Of a DNA stretch of 20,000 bases, positions 16,393 through 20,000 are shown piece after piece. A program made the position numbers and the translations under genes. Position 1 is the first letter of the stretch. Every line of letters begins with the position of its first letter. The notes below the pieces were generated by a model. The model was not told the DNA's origin and ran no database searches. It saw only the letters and a program-made list of their open reading frames with translations. This DNA is from an uncultured virus (IMG/VR IMGVR_UViG_3300030098_005439) (Duplodnaviria; Heunggongvirae; Uroviricota; Caudoviricetes), in the IMG/VR virus record IMGVR_UViG_3300030098_005439; one strand, written 5' to 3'.

Positions 16393-16837
16393 CCCAAGAA
16401 AGATTAAACATTTGAGGGTGTTCTACGCCCACCCGTCAGGGCACGGCCTAGATAAAATCGAGAAAGATCGTTTAGATTTGCAGGAACTTCTGACGAAACG
16501 ATTCCACAAAAAGATAGGGGCTTATATGTCTCCTAACATTAGGGTCGTTTCTGGAAGAAGGGAGCATCAACAATCATTTTCTGGTGATTGGGAACAGTGG
16601 CAGAAGAGGGTTGTAGCTAAGAAACATTCTATGACTGGAGATATTTGCTATCGGATATTCGTCGTACCTGATGAGGTATGCGGACGTTCTACTGCGGCAA
16701 TCATACAGCACGCAAAGAATGCAAAGCGAACAGTCTATTTGTGGGAAAAGGATTCAGGAAAACTGAAACCAGTGAGAGGGATTGAAACTTTTGATGCGGA
16801 GGATTGGACTTCCGGTTTCCGCATCTTGACCAATTAG
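16385..16837 (+). CDS. hypothetical protein, possible nucleoside deoxyribosyltransferase-like fold
   Basis: 'RVFYAHP' first strand and 'GRSTAAIIQHAKNAKRTVY' segment; SD GAGGGA. The CDS is well supported, the fold call is weak. Confidence 0.6.
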   Translation: MADPRKIKHLRVFYAHPSGHGLDKIEKDRLDLQELLTKRFHKKIGAYMSPNIRVVSGRREHQQSFSGDWEQWQKRVVAKKHSMTGDICYRIFVVPDEVCGRSTAAIIQHAKNAKRTVYLWEKDSGKLKPVRGIETFDAEDWTSGFRILTN

Positions 16838-16845
16838 GAGAGAAG

Positions 16846-17070
16846 ATGAAAGTCGATATAGAGAAAGTGAAAGAAATCCTAAACCGTTTAAGGGAAAAGG
16901 GTTTCACTGATGAGCAGATAGCTATTGCTATCGGAAAGCAAATGCCTGGGGAGGTACACCCGAGTTCTGTGAGTGTTTATCGCTGGCGAGCGGGTAGAAA
17001 TAAGCCGGGGAGAGCCTTTAGTTGGGCGATTCTAGAATTAGGAAAAATGGATGAAAGGAGTGCAAAATGA
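16846..17070 (+). CDS. Cro/XRE-like HTH protein
   Basis: SD AGGAG before ATG 16846; 'LREKGFTDEQIAIAIG...SVSVYRWRAGRNKP'. Confidence 0.75.
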   Translation: MKVDIEKVKEILNRLREKGFTDEQIAIAIGKQMPGEVHPSSVSVYRWRAGRNKPGRAFSWAILELGKMDERSAK

Positions 17071-18389
17071 GTTTTGTTAAAGAGATCACGACAAATATCA
17101 AGAGTAAAGATGGTAACTCTAAGACGTTTAATCTTGGAAAGCATACGCTTTTGATTGGACCTAATGAGAGTGGGAAATCTTCTATCGCAGAAGCGGTTCA
17201 GTTGGCGCTAACAGGGTCAGCTTTCGGTATGCTGTATAGAAATAAACCAATTAAAAGTGGCGATCAGTTGTCCACACTTCGGCCCGAAGGGTCTGAGGTT
17301 GTCTATGCCCAGGCTGTACTGGACAGCGGCGAGTCGGCTGATTGGGTATTGGAAGAAGGTAAGCGCCCCAAAAGGCATGGTGTGCAGGGTTATGCTTTGC
17401 CGATGAATGACCTAAAAGCGGTCATGGCTGGGAGTGATGCGACTATTCGAAGCTTCTTCTATGACAATCTCATCGGACAGAGTTTGAATGAAGACGTGTT
17501 GGCTAACTTGCCCGAGGGGTTGTGGAATTCGTTTGAAGAGATTGCCGGTGTAGAATCCGTGTCTGTCACTTCTCTCATCACAGCCTTGGGCAAGCGTAAG
17601 CGGGAAGAGTCTTCTAAATCTAAGGCTGCTCAACAGATGCTTGAATTGCTGAATCCTGAAATTGTCAGTGATACTCAATTGTCTACCTTGTGGCTCCAAC
17701 TTGCCGAAGCTGAACGACTAGAACGTTTAAAGGAAATGTATCGGACATACCGAGATTCCGAAGGGCAAGTCGATGAGAGTAATCCGATTCTAGAAAAGAT
17801 AAAGGCTTCGCTCAAGTCGTTCGGACCTAAAGAAAAGATTCAGAATATGATGACTCCTGACGATGCTCGAAAGAAGTTGGAAGAAGCTTACGCGAAAAAG
17901 GGCGAGTATCAAGCTGCTCTCAGCGCCAAGCAAGTAGTCGAAGACTCCAAGAAGTATGCCCAGGAGATCGCTGAGTTAGAAAAGGCTTTGATTAATACGA
18001 TCCCAGCCCTTCTTAAAGACCAAGGTGCTTGGAATAAATACCAGAAATCGGTCAATGAGTTTCTACCTTCGGGCGATACATTCAAAGTCATCGACAATGG
18101 TTCTGTAAAGATGGGCCTTGCCCGAGATAATGGCCTACACATAGCCCTATCGGGCAGCACTGAGGCTCGAATCCTTGCGGCCATGTCAGCGGGGTTGCTC
18201 GAAAATCTCAGAGAGAACGGGGATTATCCAGCTTTGATTGTGTTGGATGATCGTATGTGGGACACCTCGACGTTAGCGAAGACGATGAAAGAGTTAGAAA
18301 AGGTAGACTGCCAAGTCATCGTTATGAGCACTCAGAAACCAAGAGGCCGGGAACGTGAAGCCTGGACCTACATCGAGTTAGAAAAATGA
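17067..18389 (+). CDS. Rad50/SbcC-like ABC ATPase with short coiled coil
   Basis: Walker A GPNESGKS, central helical region, signature LSGS, Walker B LIVLDD. Confidence 0.82.
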   Translation: MSFVKEITTNIKSKDGNSKTFNLGKHTLLIGPNESGKSSIAEAVQLALTGSAFGMLYRNKPIKSGDQLSTLRPEGSEVVYAQAVLDSGESADWVLEEGKRPKRHGVQGYALPMNDLKAVMAGSDATIRSFFYDNLIGQSLNEDVLANLPEGLWNSFEEIAGVESVSVTSLITALGKRKREESSKSKAAQQMLELLNPEIVSDTQLSTLWLQLAEAERLERLKEMYRTYRDSEGQVDESNPILEKIKASLKSFGPKEKIQNMMTPDDARKKLEEAYAKKGEYQAALSAKQVVEDSKKYAQEIAELEKALINTIPALLKDQGAWNKYQKSVNEFLPSGDTFKVIDNGSVKMGLARDNGLHIALSGSTEARILAAMSAGLLENLRENGDYPALIVLDDRMWDTSTLAKTMKELEKVDCQVIVMSTQKPRGREREAWTYIELEK

Positions 18390-18598
18390 TACGAATGTTT
18401 AGTTGTGATCGCCACGATAAAATGTTGATCATCCATCAAGAGTTGGTTTGTCCGTTGTGTAAATACATAACGGACACCGCAGAAGCGCGAGAGCACGCGG
18501 AAGAAGCCTTGTCCTGTTTGCAGGACGACGACTTAGTGATGGAATTATCTGACGTAGCTGATAAACTAGTGTCATCAATGGAGAAGCTTAGTCAGTAA
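18386..18598 (+). CDS. small hypothetical protein, CxxH..CxxC putative zinc site
   Basis: ATGA overlap; CDRH...CPLC. Confidence 0.65.
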   Translation: MIRMFSCDRHDKMLIIHQELVCPLCKYITDTAEAREHAEEALSCLQDDDLVMELSDVADKLVSSMEKLSQ

Positions 18599-18873
18599 TG
18601 TCTTTTTCAGAACTGTTTCCAATGATAAAAGAGTCGGTAAGCGATTATGAATGGCATTACACACTTCATTTAATGGACATGCTCGAAGAGAAGACTGGTG
18701 GAGAAGTTATCCCTGTCACTAATTTTGATAATTTTATTGGGTTTGCTCTCATGGCAAATGATAGAATTGTTTCTATGGTAGAGCATCAAGAGGATGACTC
18801 TCTATCTGACACCATCGATGCTCTTGGATATATGTTTTTCCATGTGTACGGAAGTAACCGGGCAGAAGCCTAA
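18598..18873 (+). CDS. hypothetical acidic protein
   Basis: TAATG overlap, 91 aa. Confidence 0.7.
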   Translation: MSFSELFPMIKESVSDYEWHYTLHLMDMLEEKTGGEVIPVTNFDNFIGFALMANDRIVSMVEHQEDDSLSDTIDALGYMFFHVYGSNRAEA

Positions 18874-18891
18874 ATAGGGGAGTTAAGTCTT

Positions 18892-19143
18892 GTGCCGGTT
18901 CGTTTGGGACAAAGATTTCTATTAAAAGGTAGTCTGCCCCAAGTCGTTATGAGTTATGCCGTTTCCGAACCTGGAGAGTGGACGGCGGCTTCTATTGCTC
19001 AAGACATAGAAGTCACTATCTACTCTGTTAATGAGAGTATCGGATCTCTAAGACGTAGAGGTTTGATATTGATTCGGGAAAGGTCCATTCTTCCTACTGA
19101 AACTGGAAAAACATTACTGCTCCGTTCGATGGAACGACAGTAA
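18892..19143 (+). CDS. winged helix-turn-helix protein
   Basis: SD GGGGAG; 'TAASIAQDIEVTIYSVNESIGSLRRRGLI...PTETGK' is a MarR-like wHTH pattern. Confidence 0.72.
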   Translation: MPVRLGQRFLLKGSLPQVVMSYAVSEPGEWTAASIAQDIEVTIYSVNESIGSLRRRGLILIRERSILPTETGKTLLLRSMERQ

Positions 19144-19151
19144 CCATCCCC

Positions 19152-19239
19152 CCAACCCCTTTGCCTATATCTTTGATTGTTTTTTAGTAAAAGCAGGGCT
19201 GTTTAACTTTCAGAGATTCCTACCAGGCAAGGGGGTTGG
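19152..19239. repeat. 15-bp inverted repeat with 58-nt spacer
   Basis: CCAACCCCTTTGCCT (19152-19166) versus AGGCAAGGGGGTTGG (19225-19239); the single difference is a G-U pair in + strand RNA. Confidence 0.7.
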
Positions 19240-19277
19240 TTTTATTTTTATGTTACTATGTACTGCCAGGAGTGATT

Positions 19278-19535
19278 ATGCCTACACCTAAAAAGAAAGC
19301 GCCCGCTAAAAAGAAAGCACCAGCAAAGAAGAAGCCTTCACCGAAGTACAAACTATCTGTGACCGCTAAAGGGGTAGAGTCTACTCTGAAGTTTTCTGCG
19401 AAGGCGGATATGGAATCTGCTCTCAGCCAACTAGAACAGCATGTTGGACTACAGAGTAAGGGGCTTGCATACTGCGTTATTACTGCTGATGGCGAATTCC
19501 GATATACAACAATCGAATCCGTTAAGTCCGTATAA
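19278..19535 (+). CDS. small basic protein with histone H1-like KKKAPA repeats
   Basis: SD AGGAG before ATG 19278; PKKKAPAKKKAPAKKKP; possible extended -10 TGnTACTAT at 19251-19259. Confidence 0.72.
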   Translation: MPTPKKKAPAKKKAPAKKKPSPKYKLSVTAKGVESTLKFSAKADMESALSQLEQHVGLQSKGLAYCVITADGEFRYTTIESVKSV

Positions 19536-19538
19536 ACG

Positions 19539-19850
19539 TTATTGTTTTTTGCTCTCTAAGATACGGTCTAGTTTTGAGACAATATCGTTGTGGACTTTTG
19601 TGCGTGTGATCAAGAAGTCTTTTGACTGCACATCTATCTGGCCCCGGTACTCATCAATTACACGGTCGTATCGTTCACGCATTTTTTCAGATCGAGCATC
19701 ATATTCCTTGCGGATCTCATCAAGCTGTTCCTGAAAACCTTCTACAAGTTTATCCAACCTCTTTTGCATAGCCATAAACTGATACACAAGAAAAGCCGCA
19801 AAGAGCCCAAGGTGTCCGCCTGCCAGCAGTGTGTCTATCAGGGCTTCCAT
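19539..19850 (-). CDS. putative holin (single N-terminal TM helix + coiled coil, BhlA/UviB-like architecture)
   Basis: Hydrophobic 'LLAGGHLGLFAAFLVYQF' then a charged coiled coil; ATG 19850 overlaps the stop of the upstream lysin-like gene; SD GGAG. Confidence 0.6.
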   Translation of the reverse strand: MEALIDTLLAGGHLGLFAAFLVYQFMAMQKRLDKLVEGFQEQLDEIRKEYDARSEKMRERYDRVIDEYRGQIDVQSKDFLITRTKVHNDIVSKLDRILESKKQ

Positions 19851-19999
19851 CAAAACTCCGGTTCGTCGATTAGTGTATAGCTAAAGCTATTGCCCCACTT
19901 TTCCCGTGCGGCGTAACAAATAGACATGAATTCTTCGAAGTCTTTGCTATGACTAAACACTTGGCAACCAGCAGACCACTTATCTACTTGCGTCGATGC
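19850..19999 (-). CDS. 3' end of putative endolysin (L,D-transpeptidase-like SxGC motif), truncated by the window edge
   Basis: Not in the ORF track. Manual translation: ASTQVDKWSAGCQVFSHSKDFEEFMSICYAAREKWGNSFSYTLIDEPEF*, with TGATG coupling to the holin. Confidence 0.6.
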   Translation of the reverse strand, partial: ASTQVDKWSAGCQVFSHSKDFEEFMSICYAAREKWGNSFSYTLIDEPEF

Positions 20000-20000
20000 T

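Noticed and set aside
344..18184. Many short minus-strand and alternate-frame ORFs in the track
   Set aside because: They are shadows of well-supported + strand genes, with no recognisable motifs.
19176..19186. ATTGTTTTTTA as a second anti-RBS tract
   Set aside because: Low complexity and lacks the ACCTC anti-SD.

Overview
Segment of a tailed dsDNA bacteriophage (or prophage) genome. 1-6631 is a + strand early/accessory region of small hypotheticals plus a MoxR-type AAA+ ATPase / HExxH-VWA / DUF6744-like cassette. Its genes are separated by a recurring structured intergenic module: terminator-like hairpin, UGUG..CACA hairpin, then a GAGGTAAAA Shine-Dalgarno. 6934-19535 is a + strand replication/recombination module (primase-SF3 helicase, SNF2 helicase, Cas4/RecB-like nuclease, Sak4-like ATPase, SSB-like protein, UDG-fused PolA, Rad50-like ATPase, small DNA-binding proteins). 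It converges on a - strand lysis module (holin-like gene, 3' end of a putative endolysin). Two non-coding elements stand out. The first is a type II hammerhead ribozyme with a complete catalytic core at ~5670-5732. The second is a long hairpin at 13008-13081 carrying a 19-nt perfect antisense copy of the ribosome-binding site at 1203-1221, with partial complementarity to four other early-gene RBSs; it is a candidate trans-acting RNA that shuts off early-gene translation. All family calls come from motif recognition by eye; no searches were run.
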